Shown: positions 29,955 to 39,726 of the stretch, piece by piece
Position numbering within the stretch: the first letter of the stretch is position 1
Layout of the letters: the number at the start of each line of letters is the position of its first letter
Assembly: GCA_047606825.1 (NCBI GenBank)
Contig: JASGDY010000131.1
Location: forward strand, 3,657 to 67,656
DNA from: Chitinophagaceae bacterium
GTDB lineage: Bacteria > Bacteroidota > Bacteroidia > Chitinophagales > Chitinophagaceae
Direction of reading: 5' to 3'
Length of the DNA stretch: 64,000 nucleotides
Translations under genes and position numbers: made by a program
Notes under the pieces: generated by a model
Told to the model about the DNA's origin: nothing
Seen by the model: the letters and a program-made list of their open reading frames with translations, nothing else
Databases searched by the model: none

Positions 29955-32399
29955 TCAGAACTTATAGGTCAGGCTCGCAACGAGTTGTCGAAGCATCTGG
30001 GGATTCATGGTCGTATAGCCGGTCCAATAGTGTTTATTGGTAAGGTTGTCCACCTTGACCCCCAGCACCATGCTTCTGGTTTCGTATGTAACGGCAGCAT
30101 TCAGCACCACATAGGAGGGCAATATAAACACGCCCATCGTCGTACTGTTTACGATTTTGTTGTCACTGGCGTAGTTACCGCCAAACCCTACACGCAGTCC
30201 ATTGAGGACACCTTTGGACAGCCTGTAGCTGAGCCACCAGTTGGCCAGCCATGGAGAACTGGCGGTGGTAGGCCTGCGTCCAAGTGTGGTAGAGTCTGAT
30301 TCGGTATATTTGGAATCATTGTAGGAAAGTCCGGAAGTAAAGTTAAAACCATCCAAAAGATTAGCGCTCAACTGCAATTCCACGCCTTTACTGACCTGGG
30401 TACCGTTTTGGACACTTGCCAGTGCGGGAAGGTCAGGATCGGTCCGTACGGTGTTTTTTACCGTAATATCATAATAACTTAAGGAGGCACTCACACGGTT
30501 TTTAACCAGATCGGTTTTGACACCTACTTCCCATTGATTCGCCTCTTCTGGTTTGGCTATCACGGTTACCAGGCTGTCCTGTTGCCCTTTGCGGTAGGCC
30601 GTATAGGTATTTTTGTTGGTAAAACCATTTTGGTAATTAGCAAAAACGGAGACCTGGTCCTTGACCAATTGGTACACGGCACCAAACTTGGGAGAAAACA
30701 CAGTCTGGTTATATTTTTCCGCGGAGCCCTTATCGTTGATATCGAAATGATCCACGCGCACGGCAGCCGATACATTCAAACGATCCGTAATATTGACTAC
30801 ATCCGAAATATAGGCACTGTATGTATTGGTAAGGCTGATGGACGGATAAGTACCCACATTGCTGGAGGTATCATAATATTTGTCTATGGATACCCCGTTG
30901 AATCCACTGTAATCATAGGTGGACGACAACGGAACAATATCATAATAGCTACTGGGATAATAAAACAGGATATTGGCATCCAAGCGGGTATAATCCAAAC
31001 CAAACACCATCCGGTTTCTGATAGTGCCTATATTGAAGTCGCCATGAAAATTTTGCTGCACCTCGAATGTTTTCTTTTTCCCATTGCGTGTCGACTGGTC
31101 GGCACGAGCCAGATAGTAGTCGTTGATATCCGTGGAGTTGGGCACCAGGTAAAAATAGGCCGCACGACCATTGGAGTAGCTTTCTCCATAAGTCAGGTTG
31201 GTGGAGGAAGAAAAATGGCGGGAAAAATTGTAATTGACCTGTCCAAAATAATTGGTGCTTCTGGAATGCTGGAAAAGACCGTTTCCCACATAAGCATTTT
31301 TGTAATCCATCTTTACCTGGTCAGCCCGCGTTACGCCCAATTGGGTCACAGGATAATAAAAAAACAAATAGGGGCTTGCCTGGTTTTTGCCATAGGAGAG
31401 CTCCGCTTCCAGACTTACTGTCAGCTTATCCGATGGTTTGTACAGCAAACTGGGAGCCAGGAAATACCTACGGGAAAATCCCTCTGTCTGGAAAGACCCC
31501 TGGTAATTATAAGCACCGTTGAAGCGGAACAATAGTTTTTTTTGCCTGTCCAGCGGTGAATTGAGATCCACACTTCCTCGTCCGAACTGGTAGCCTCCCA
31601 AGGAAGCTGAAATATTGCCGCCAGAATGTTCATACGGTTTTTTGGTCACGCGGTTGATCAAACCGCCATAGGAAGTCAATGTACTGCCGAACAGGGTAGC
31701 GGAAGGACCTTTGATGATTTCCAGCGTTTCCAGGTTAGCGGCATCAATGGCATCGGTCACGACACCAGCAATACCATTGCGCAGGGTCGACTGCATGACA
31801 AAACCGCGGCTGTTGTAATAGGCACCGCCGTCCCCGGCACGTCCTGTAGCCGCCCACATGCTCTGTATGCCAGGCGCATTGCGCATGGCATCGTCTACGG
31901 AATATACAAGCTGATCGACCAGGATATCTTTGGAAATGGTAGTGTACACCTGGGAATTTTCCAGGTTCTTCAGCGGCATTTTTCCTACCGTCTCACTACC
32001 TGCAATCCCAAACTTGCGGCCTAGGGCAGATACCGTGATCTCCTCCAGTTGCGCACTGGACAATTGCAATGCGATATCGAGGGTGCTAATACCGCCGGAC
32101 ACTACCGTTACGTTTTTTGTCACTTTTTCGTAACCTGCCAGAGATATTTCCAATGCATACATCCCCGGGCGTAGGTTCGTCAGCCGGAAAATGCCCTTTG
32201 CATCCGTAGTGGTAGATTTTTCCAATCTGGAGATATAAACAAAGGCATAGGGAACCGCCTTGTGATCATTGGTGGTAATGGAGCCCCGGATGGAACCATT
32301 TTTGACGTCCTGGGCCCAAAGGGAGAAGGATGCCAATGAAAAGAGGAAAAAAAGGTATAAAGAGATAAAAAAAGACTTTCGTAAGAACGACTTTAGCAT
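29955..32399 (-). CDS. TonB-dependent siderophore-type receptor with N-terminal carboxypeptidase-regulatory-like domain
   Basis: LEEITVS TonB-box-like segment, LEIIKGPSATLFGS, GGLINRVTKKP, C-terminal LTYKF. Confidence 0.9.
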   Translation of the reverse strand: MLKSFLRKSFFISLYLFFLFSLASFSLWAQDVKNGSIRGSITTNDHKAVPYAFVYISRLEKSTTTDAKGIFRLTNLRPGMYALEISLAGYEKVTKNVTVVSGGISTLDIALQLSSAQLEEITVSALGRKFGIAGSETVGKMPLKNLENSQVYTTISKDILVDQLVYSVDDAMRNAPGIQSMWAATGRAGDGGAYYNSRGFVMQSTLRNGIAGVVTDAIDAANLETLEIIKGPSATLFGSTLTSYGGLINRVTKKPYEHSGGNISASLGGYQFGRGSVDLNSPLDRQKKLLFRFNGAYNYQGSFQTEGFSRRYFLAPSLLYKPSDKLTVSLEAELSYGKNQASPYLFFYYPVTQLGVTRADQVKMDYKNAYVGNGLFQHSRSTNYFGQVNYNFSRHFSSSTNLTYGESYSNGRAAYFYLVPNSTDINDYYLARADQSTRNGKKKTFEVQQNFHGDFNIGTIRNRMVFGLDYTRLDANILFYYPSSYYDIVPLSSTYDYSGFNGVSIDKYYDTSSNVGTYPSISLTNTYSAYISDVVNITDRLNVSAAVRVDHFDINDKGSAEKYNQTVFSPKFGAVYQLVKDQVSVFANYQNGFTNKNTYTAYRKGQQDSLVTVIAKPEEANQWEVGVKTDLVKNRVSASLSYYDITVKNTVRTDPDLPALASVQNGTQVSKGVELQLSANLLDGFNFTSGLSYNDSKYTESDSTTLGRRPTTASSPWLANWWLSYRLSKGVLNGLRVGFGGNYASDNKIVNSTTMGVFILPSYVVLNAAVTYETRSMVLGVKVDNLTNKHYWTGYTTMNPQMLRQLVASLTYKF

Positions 32400-32647
32400 T
32401 GCTACCGGATTTTAATAAATTAATAAATAGATATAATTGAAAAATAAGGCTGTAAAATTGAAATGAAACTTTCATTTTCATTTACGCAATGCGGAAAAAA
32501 TAAGCCAATCCCAATATTTTACACATCGATGACAAAAGAACATCAGCCGGAATCGAAAAGATGGATAGACAATGGTAGGCGTAAAGCCACGTCCAGTACA
32601 CAGCATAGTGATTTATTAACAAGAGCATCAATTAGTCTTATTGTTGT

Positions 32648-33372
32648 ATAAGAGCAATTAGGTATCTACGCTTTAGCCAACTGGGGCAAAGCAACGGCTC
32701 GATTGAGAGGCAGGAACGGTACAATGGCCAATGGATAAAATACAACAATGTAGAGCTTGTGGATATCTTTACCGACAGGAGAAAAACGCAAGTACTTTTG
32801 ACCGTCCTGACTTTATCAAATTACAGGCGTTTATTGCCAAACTGCAAAATCTGGTTAAACGGAGCAGTTAAATATTGTTGAAATTGAGCAACCTGAGGCT
32901 TTGATGTTGGGATTCACACAGTCTGTTGCTGTAAAGGAAGAAGCCACAAAATCAATCCATCCAGCACCAAAACTGTTTTATCGTGCTAAGCAATGAAACT
33001 ATTTTTCGTAGAGGGAAGAGTAATCGCATCAGATTTTCCACAAAACAACATAACAAGCCATTATAGTCAATCCCAGTGCCCAGAATAATTATTACATATT
33101 ATTATGTCCTCCGTCAATTGGAAAAGAACACCTATACGCTTTCTGACATACGGTATGTGTTTACGGCTTCAAGTACGATACAGAAACGGGATTTCGTAAA
33201 CAGGGTGTTCGATAACAACTTGTACTACCAGGAAGGTATTTATCGAACACCTACGATGCTGAGGGTGCTGTCCCATAACGCATTGAAAATGAAGGAAAAA
33301 GGGTTTTTGATATACGAAAAAAAGAGGGACTTCTTGATGAAGTCCCTCTCAGCGGAGAGTCAGGGGTTCTGA
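32648..33372 (+). pseudogene. Large serine recombinase relic (frameshifted, internally deleted)
   Basis: My translation from 32648 gives (I)RAIRYLRFSQLGQSNGSIERQE...DIFTDR, then after a 1-nt shift KNASTFDRPDF, matching the resolvase catalytic Y-x-R-x-S, S-I-E-R-Q and D-R-P motifs. The C-terminal part (33076-33372) ends in a tRNA-derived tail (AESQGF). Confidence 0.75.
33317..33349 (-). terminator. Intrinsic terminator (11-bp perfect stem, 5-nt loop, U7 on minus strand)
   Basis: AGAGGGACTTC (33323-33333) / GAAGTCCCTCT (33339-33349); A7 at 33317-33323; sits just downstream of the degenerate tRNA 3' copy. Confidence 0.7.
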
Positions 33373-33376
33373 AACC
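33352..33376 (-). repeat. Degenerate copy of a tRNA-Ser 3' end (att-like site)
   Basis: GCGGAGAGTCAGGGGTTCTGAAACC versus the tRNA GCGGAGAGAGGGGGATTCGAACCC at 36819-36842, same orientation. Confidence 0.65.
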
Positions 33377-33470
33377 TTACCCTTGCATCCTATTATCTAC
33401 ATTGAATTTCAAATACTTACACATTTAGCCAAACATGATATTTAAGGTTTATTCTTGAACTTTATTGAAG

Positions 33471-33773
33471 CTACATACCCTGTTTCAAAAGCGTTTCCAG
33501 CTTTAGGAGTATCTCTTTCTGTACAGCCTCCACCCTGTCGAGCTGATCCTTTACCGACGGCAGGGACTTCTGCGAAACCACCGTGTCGTCCCGGAGCATC
33601 TTTAGTTTCGTGTACAGGCCTTTGCTTGTCCCCCGGGAGAGCATGGAGTTGAGCGACGCCACGTCGATGCCAACGCGTTCCGCCGTCTCATCGCGCGTCA
33701 GCCCCAGCCAGTTGAGCTCCCCTATCAGTGCCTTTGTCTGCTCCTTGAGCGTGGGTGCGGTTTTTCTTGCCAT
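33471..33773 (-). CDS. Small HTH (XRE/Cro-like) DNA-binding protein
   Basis: GLTRDETAERVGIDVASLNSMLSRG resembles a helix-turn-helix; C-terminal coiled-coil-like segment; GC-rich phage-like DNA. Confidence 0.6.
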   Translation of the reverse strand: MARKTAPTLKEQTKALIGELNWLGLTRDETAERVGIDVASLNSMLSRGTSKGLYTKLKMLRDDTVVSQKSLPSVKDQLDRVEAVQKEILLKLETLLKQGM

Positions 33774-33776
33774 TGT

Positions 33777-34115
33777 TCAGTCCAGTGTTATTTTGTAGTG
33801 GATGCCCTTGTCCGTGACTATTTCCGCTTCCCCGTCCTCCGGTTCCGGCGGGTCGAAGTGCGTAGCGTCGATGAACCCTCCGCGCGGGAAGTAGACGCAC
33901 GTCACCTTTCCGTCCTCCACCAGCACCTCCATGCCGTGGTAGGTCGAGCGGTTGCCCGAGCGCGGGTTGTAGTATTCCACCGTCGCCTTGCGCCTGTCCT
34001 TCGTGTCGCTTTTGACGTGCGTGTGAATCGCTGCGTGGTCGGCCGGGTTCCCGCCGTCGCTGCAACCCCAAAGGAGCACCGCGCACAGTACGGATAAAAA
34101 TAATTTCAAATTCAT
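33777..34115 (-). CDS. Hypothetical lipoprotein (prophage accessory)
   Basis: Signal peptide with lipobox LWGC; 112 aa; no recognised family. Confidence 0.65.
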   Translation of the reverse strand: MNLKLFLSVLCAVLLWGCSDGGNPADHAAIHTHVKSDTKDRRKATVEYYNPRSGNRSTYHGMEVLVEDGKVTCVYFPRGGFIDATHFDPPEPEDGEAEIVTDKGIHYKITLD

Positions 34116-34122
34116 TTAACCC

Positions 34123-34857
34123 TCAAACTCTAAATTTATCCATGATTGACTTATTAATAACAGCCTCAATTCTTTCACTTTTCCTATTATTTTCAAAAAA
34201 ATCTTTCAAACACAAACAGACATAATCATTCGATTCCTCCTCATCATAGCCATCAACAGAAAACTCGTCTTTGTCATTCAGGCACTTCAGCACAAAACTC
34301 AAGGTCATAGGATAACAGATAGCCGCTGCAGAGACATAATAACCTTTTCTTACGCCTGAACACCCTACCCGTTCCAGTTTATTAAACAATCCTACAAACC
34401 TATTTTCTGTAATTCCCTTTGTTTGGAAAAATTCATTAAATACCCTATCCTTATTTAAACTATTATAGATAATAGATATCCGCTCCCTCGACTTCCCAAC
34501 ACTCCTAAAAGGATTTTTTGTATTTAAGTTCCCCATAAAATCATCAACTGACTTGTTTATGTCGTTTAAAACATCCATCGAAGCAGTTTTAACAAACAAG
34601 TCGAAATCACTATCCATTACACTACCGTTTACTAAATCAGGTTCTCCAAATAATTTCCCAATTAAAAACGTCAAAGCAAATCCGATTATCAACGGATAAA
34701 AGGACATTGTACGATATGCTATAAAGGCAGACAATAAATAACACAATCCTACTAAATTTACTCCCCAATACTTAAACCTTAATCTTCTCGAAGAAACAAA
34801 AATCCCATAACCGCAAATACAAAAAACACCAATCAGTATGAATAAGACAACTTTCAT
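34123..34857 (-). CDS. Hypothetical membrane protein (about 3 N-terminal TM helices plus soluble domain), AT-rich
   Basis: Hydrophobic N-terminal ~70 aa; 244-aa ORF; visibly low GC. Confidence 0.65.
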   Translation of the reverse strand: MKVVLFILIGVFCICGYGIFVSSRRLRFKYWGVNLVGLCYLLSAFIAYRTMSFYPLIIGFALTFLIGKLFGEPDLVNGSVMDSDFDLFVKTASMDVLNDINKSVDDFMGNLNTKNPFRSVGKSRERISIIYNSLNKDRVFNEFFQTKGITENRFVGLFNKLERVGCSGVRKGYYVSAAAICYPMTLSFVLKCLNDKDEFSVDGYDEEESNDYVCLCLKDFFENNRKSERIEAVINKSIMDKFRV

Positions 34858-34877
34858 TGTTTTTTAAGGTTTATATT

Positions 34878-35075
34878 TTACACAAAATCAATCACCGCCC
34901 TTATCTCGTATATTGCTGCAAGTTGCCGCCACTTCCGCGTAAAGTCAGGATGCAATCGATATTCGCCGTCCATCGACTTGTTGTCCGAAACCAGCCTAAG
35001 TCCGTCCTTTTCCTCGTACAGATGCTTGACGACAACCTCCAACCTGCAGGAATCGTCAATATGGCATATACGGCC
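34878..35075 (-). pseudogene. C-terminal fragment of an S24 (LexA/CI-type) phage repressor
   Basis: Frame not in the ORF track: ...AVYAIL/(shift)DDSCRLEVVVKHLYEEKDGLRLVSDNKSMDGEY...IRAVIDFV*. The VVK and LVSDN segments resemble the S24 peptidase fold. Confidence 0.55.
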
Positions 35076-35203
35076 GGCCGAACAAAAGATATTAACAATT
35101 TATTTTATTTTTTTTGCTAATGTTTTTAGTAATTACTAAGTTTGCTCCTATAAATCCAAGTCTATGAAAAAGAAAAAGAAGACTAAGACGAAAGCCATTA
35201 TGA

Positions 35204-35455
35204 CTATCCAGTACGCAATACTGCCAATGCTTTATGCAAATCGACTTCAACAGATTTTGCAACTTTTGAAAGAGTAGCCGTTGCGCTCTTGTTTGTGTCT
35301 AACTTTTCCTGTATTTCAGAGAGCATTGCCAATACAAAATCCAATTTTAGCCCTGTTTTTATAGATTGTATTTGAGATTCTGTTTCAATATTCGATTGCT
35401 CTTTCCCCACGTCAATTTTAGACAACACACCTCTTTCGGAGAAAAAGTTAACCAA
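35204..35455 (-). CDS. Hypothetical protein, possibly the C-terminal part of a truncated regulator
   Basis: 83-aa ORF overlapping the degenerate end of the upstream relic; helical composition. Confidence 0.4.
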   Translation of the reverse strand: MVNFFSERGVLSKIDVGKEQSNIETESQIQSIKTGLKLDFVLAMLSEIQEKLDTNKSATATLSKVAKSVEVDLHKALAVLRTG

Positions 35456-36737
35456 CTTATTGTAATCATGAACTTTTGGGTTGCCCGTGTATCCGGAAGC
35501 TCTCCGCCACCTGCTCCTCTATCTCCTTCAAGGAGTAGGGTTGCTTCGACAGTTCTTCTTCCCGTCTCAGTCTTTCCGCCCCCTTCCGGGTGATAAGTTC
35601 CTCTAAGGACAAGTCGTCCGTCGACGACTGCGTCTGCGGTTTCGGACAGTCCTTTTTCGTCGATGCTTCCATCTTTGTTGATTATGTTTTCAGCGAAATT
35701 ACTGTTATTCTGGGTTTTGTCTTTTTTATTTTTACCGTCCTTCCGGGTAAAAGGCGTATCGTCGTCCATGCCGTATCCGCCTTTGTTTTCGTCCCACCAG
35801 TCGTATTTTCTTTCGGACGTTCCGCCTGTAGGTGTGTCGTTGTCGCTTTCGGGACGGTCTTCTGGTTCGCCGTGCGTCTGCCGGTACCAGTCTTCGTAGG
35901 ACTGTCCGCCGAGTTTTTGGGACAGGAGTTCGTCCGCCATCGATTCCTTGCCTTGATGGGACAGGAGTACGTCTTCTACCGCATCCCTAAAGTCCGACGT
36001 GGTAAACCTGTCCCTGTTTTCGGAAGTGTCCCACAAGCGGTGCGCCAGTTCCTCGATTCCCTTTCCACCCTTGCCCATCATCCATATACGGTTTTGCGTT
36101 TCCTCCTGCGGGGCTTTCCCCCTGCGCCCCAACAGGTCGGTCAACGCCTCCATGTTTATTTTGCCGTTTCCGAGGAAATAATGCAGTACCTGCCCACGCG
36201 GGCTGTCGTCTTCCACCTCTCCCGCATCCTTTATCTTCTGTTGCCTTTCCGATTCCGATACGGATTTGGCAGACATTCCTTTATCCACGCCGGTAACGCC
36301 CGACTTCCACATACGCTCGTCCACATGGGACACGTTGCCGTTTCCGTCCCTTAGTGCGACGTACTCCTTTCCGTTGTTTTTATTCTTGACACGACCAGTT
36401 ACGGTCATCTCCTTGCCGTTGAAACTGACAACGTCACCTCCTTTTGTTTTGGAGAAGTCGGGGGCTTTGGATACCTTTATGTCGGAAGCACCGTTTGATG
36501 GTAAAGTCACCCCATCAGCCGATTGGTTTAAGGGAGGAGTTGTCAAAGTCCCTTTTGACGGTGTTTTTTCTTTCCTGTTCCTCGTTTTGTCAAATGCCGT
36601 TACTATCCAGTTTTTAGAGCCGACAATATTTCCATGTTCGTCCCTTACGTTTTTTTGGACCTAAAGCCCACGTACCATCCTTTCGTCGTGTCGCCGTCAT
36701 AGTCGTGCAGCGACACCCTTGGAACGCCGATTTTCAT
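35359..36737 (-). pseudogene. Fragment of a large phage polyvalent-type protein with a PBECR-like nuclease tail, frameshifted at an A7 run
   Basis: The frame of the 395-aa ORF is open up to 36660 and reads NVRDEHGNIVGSKNWIVTAFDKTR. Adding one A at T7 36650-36656 joins it to GWYVGFRSKK. Charged low-complexity linkers follow, and the 3' end runs out of frame into ORF 35204-35455. Confidence 0.5.
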
Positions 36738-36819
36738 TTTTACAAGTTTTTGAGTTTTCTTGAACTTTTTAAACTTGACCCTGCGAGGTAATTGAATATC
36801 AACGTGTAGCAATAATAGG

Positions 36820-36906
36820 CGGAGAGAGGGGGATTCGAACCCTCGGTACAGTTGCCCGTACAACGGTTTTCGAGACCGTCCCATTCGACCGCTCTGGCAT
36901 CTCTCC
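36820..36906 (-). tRNA. tRNA-Ser(CGA)
   Basis: Reverse complement GGAGAGATGCCAGAGCGGTCGAATGGGACGGTCTCGAAAACCGTTGTACGGGCAACTGTACCGAGGGTTCGAATCCCCCTCTCTCCG; anticodon loop CTCGAAA; long variable arm; CCA not encoded; -7 element TACTTTTG at 36914-36921. Confidence 0.96.
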
Positions 36907-36946
36907 CGGGCTGCAAAAGTAAGGCATTCCCAACAACAAAAACACA

Positions 36947-38584
36947 CTATTTTAATGGTAACAACTGTGCCAATATTTCTTTGGCTCGAGCGTTGGCAGG
37001 GTCGATTGTCAATATGTTTTTGTATTGCTGCGCTGCACGCTGGTAATCCTTTTCGGTATTGGCATAGTACTGCCCAAGAATATCAAAGTAATAGACCAGT
37101 TTCGTTTTGTTCTTTACTTTATCGTTATGGAGAAATGTTATATAGTCCTTGACTGGCTGTGATGCCCTTTGCAACGTGGAGTCGGTACTGATAGCAATTT
37201 TAGATCTTCCAAAATAACCAAATTCCTTGTCGGGATGCTGCATAATATAGGTACTGAAAGCACTATCTATAAATGCATATTCCCGGATGTCATCAAAAAG
37301 AGGAATCGCCCTCATAGCCTTGGCACACAGCTGAGGCAAAGCGGTTGTATTTTTATAGCCAAGCGAAGTAGGAAGTGCGAGATATTGTTTTCGGGTCCAC
37401 TGATATGCGTTGATAGTATCATCCGCTTCTGTATATAATTTGATTAAGGAATCCGAATAAGCAACCTTACCATAAACAGATGTATCGTGTTCAAAACCTT
37501 TTTTATAAAAGCTTTCCATGGAATCAAGGTTGCCACTATATGCCTTTGCTGCAATGGCATAGCTGGAATCCGTTACCCTGTCTTCTGGCGTAATGGAAAG
37601 ATACTTTGAAATCGCTTTTTGTGCTTGCAGTTGGTCACCTTTGTTTAAATAAACATTGGAAAGGAGCAACCAGTTTTTGTTATAGTCTGCACAGATGCCA
37701 TTGGTTAGTTGACTTGCTGAGTTAAGTGCAGTCGTCAGTTCGCCCTGGGCATATTGCAAATATGCAAGACTATATTGCATCTCACAGTCAGCGTCAACTA
37801 ATGACATGTAACTTTTTAAATAATTCTCTGCCAGATGATAGTCCTTGTCCTCTACAGCCAGCCCAAACAAACCAAAATAGGTCGGTCCGTAGTTGGAATC
37901 TGCGGCTATTGCTTTTTGAAAATAAAGTTTACTTTGAGAACGATCATTTTGTTGTTGGTATATTTTACCTATTGTATAGTAAGCGAGTGCATAATGTGCA
38001 TCCCGCTTGATTGCATCCAGCAAAATATTGATTGCAGACTGCCTATTGCCGGGCAACCTTAAATAATTAAGGGCAAGGTTATAATCTATATCTGGATTTT
38101 TATTGTCATTAACCGAGACTTTTTTTAATATGTCAATAGCATAAGCGGGGTCTCCCACTCCATTGTTTCCCGCAGCGTTAGCACGACCTACGGCAACCAA
38201 TATTTCAGGGTTATTTTTAGAGGTGAGCATCGCCTGGTCAAATTTTTGCCTAGCTTGATCTATATTATTTTCCACCAACAAATCAATCTCTCCCATTCCG
38301 ACTATCAAAAAAGGGTCGTTGAAATTCCTCGTTAGCCCATTTTGATAAATCGACTCGGCTTGCGTTACAGCATTTGGAAGTTGTGTGTTTAGCAAATAAG
38401 TTTGCCCTAACCAATAGATGGCTTTGGTGTCATTAGGATTGGCTTGGACGATTGCCCCTAATATCTTCTGTGCTAATTGATATCGGTGATAATAAAGCGC
38501 ACGGATAGCATCCTCTGTTTTCTGTGCAAAAACAGCGTTGGCAAAAACATTAAGTATCAATATAATTAAAACAATCTTTTTCAT
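36947..38584 (-). CDS. Tetratricopeptide-repeat protein, secreted
   Basis: Signal peptide ending AVFA-Q; repeated TPR-like helices (AIYWLGQTY, AYYTIGKIY). Confidence 0.85.
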   Translation of the reverse strand: MKKIVLIILILNVFANAVFAQKTEDAIRALYYHRYQLAQKILGAIVQANPNDTKAIYWLGQTYLLNTQLPNAVTQAESIYQNGLTRNFNDPFLIVGMGEIDLLVENNIDQARQKFDQAMLTSKNNPEILVAVGRANAAGNNGVGDPAYAIDILKKVSVNDNKNPDIDYNLALNYLRLPGNRQSAINILLDAIKRDAHYALAYYTIGKIYQQQNDRSQSKLYFQKAIAADSNYGPTYFGLFGLAVEDKDYHLAENYLKSYMSLVDADCEMQYSLAYLQYAQGELTTALNSASQLTNGICADYNKNWLLLSNVYLNKGDQLQAQKAISKYLSITPEDRVTDSSYAIAAKAYSGNLDSMESFYKKGFEHDTSVYGKVAYSDSLIKLYTEADDTINAYQWTRKQYLALPTSLGYKNTTALPQLCAKAMRAIPLFDDIREYAFIDSAFSTYIMQHPDKEFGYFGRSKIAISTDSTLQRASQPVKDYITFLHNDKVKNKTKLVYYFDILGQYYANTEKDYQRAAQQYKNILTIDPANARAKEILAQLLPLK

Positions 38585-38622
38585 ATTAAATCAGCTAACA
38601 GCCAAAAGCTAATAGCTAACGG

Positions 38623-39603
38623 CTATTTCAAATTAACCTGCCTAATATTAAACGACATCACTGCCGGCATCAACGCGGCTCGCCTAAAAATCAGCTGCCC
38701 TCTCTCCGACTGGATAAAATTGTAAAATCCCGTCGCCAACGAAGCATCACGGTCTTTGACAATAGGAACAACCGGACGGAACATCGGATACCGCATATTG
38801 GATATGTTTTCCTGCGAGGGCCGTGCATACATGTTGGCTGGACAAGTTTTGCATTCGACCAAAGCGGTTTTTAATTTGCTGTCATAATAGGAATTGGCGG
38901 AATCCTGGATGCGTGCAAACCAGGAATAACCAATAAAACCAACTGTATTGGCATTGTTGGCGACCGCATCCAAAACCCCACTGGTATTAGCCGTCGCACT
39001 TACGTCCACGCCGAAATCTTTACCGCGCAACAGCGTATCAATCAAATAACGCACCGTACTCGTTGCTTTGCTGCCGTCCACTACAACTGATTTGCCCTTC
39101 GTTTCACCTGTCAACAGATTTTGTAGTTGTGCGTAAGTAAATACACTGTCCGCTGCTTGTTTGTTGACCAATACCGCTACTGCATCAAACGCAATTACCT
39201 CAAATCGAGGAACAGCACCCAATTGCGTTTTGTAACTATAGGCTTCCGCGGAATCCAAACCCCGTGCGACAATAATCAACCGCGTTTCATCCTTCTGGAA
39301 ATCCTTGAAACATTCCACTTCCGGTTTATAGTCCGCGATGATATGCGCATTGGGATATGTCGCTTCATACATCTGTATCTGCTGGTCAATCACGGGACGA
39401 AAAGTCTCATCCACGCTGATATAGAGCGTACCCTTGTCCGGTGTGGTTTGTGTTGTGTCAATATTGTTTGCCTTGCCTTCATTATGCCTATTGCATTTGC
39501 AGGAATCAAGGCAGCACAGCAAAACAGTACCCAGCATCAAGACTATGGTTTGTGTATATGTTTTTTTATAGTGCATTACTATAATAATTTGATGATTTGA
39601 CAA
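38623..39603 (-). CDS. PstS-like periplasmic substrate-binding lipoprotein
   Basis: LYISVDETFRPVIDQQIQMYEATYPNAHI, IAFDAVAVLVNK, IGFIGYSW, FIQSERGQLIFRRAAL. Confidence 0.8.
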   Translation of the reverse strand: MSNHQIIIVMHYKKTYTQTIVLMLGTVLLCCLDSCKCNRHNEGKANNIDTTQTTPDKGTLYISVDETFRPVIDQQIQMYEATYPNAHIIADYKPEVECFKDFQKDETRLIIVARGLDSAEAYSYKTQLGAVPRFEVIAFDAVAVLVNKQAADSVFTYAQLQNLLTGETKGKSVVVDGSKATSTVRYLIDTLLRGKDFGVDVSATANTSGVLDAVANNANTVGFIGYSWFARIQDSANSYYDSKLKTALVECKTCPANMYARPSQENISNMRYPMFRPVVPIVKDRDASLATGFYNFIQSERGQLIFRRAALMPAVMSFNIRQVNLK

Positions 39604-39670
39604 TTGAACAACATTTCAAATTTCTTCCCGAGAAGTCCCCTAGCGAGACGGTCCGGAGAAGTAATCGTGA

Positions 39671-39692
39671 AGACACACAATCGTGCGTCTCT
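39671..39692. repeat. Degenerate REP-like palindrome (GAGACGCACGATTGTGTGTCT type)
   Basis: AGACACACAATCGTGCGTCTCT, an imperfect hairpin in an intergenic region. Confidence 0.5.
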
Positions 39693-39726
39693 CGATTTTC
39701 AATTCTCCACTTTCAACTAAAAATGT

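Noticed and set aside
30534-31535. 333-aa plus-strand ORF
   Set aside because: Antisense to the TonB receptor; explained by codon bias.
35590-36354. 254-aa plus-strand ORF
   Set aside because: Antisense to the GC-rich phage fragment, which carries the plausible protein features.
36645-36947. 100-aa minus-strand ORF
   Set aside because: Its N-terminal half is a translation of the tRNA-Ser sequence; only the last ~30 codons are used, as part of the frameshifted phage relic.
38586-38622. Short AGCTAA(C/T)AGC-type repeats; similar degenerate runs at 39697-39718, 42737-42775 and 45540-45600
   Set aside because: Low-complexity intergenic runs common in Bacteroidota; no spacer-repeat periodicity, so not CRISPR.
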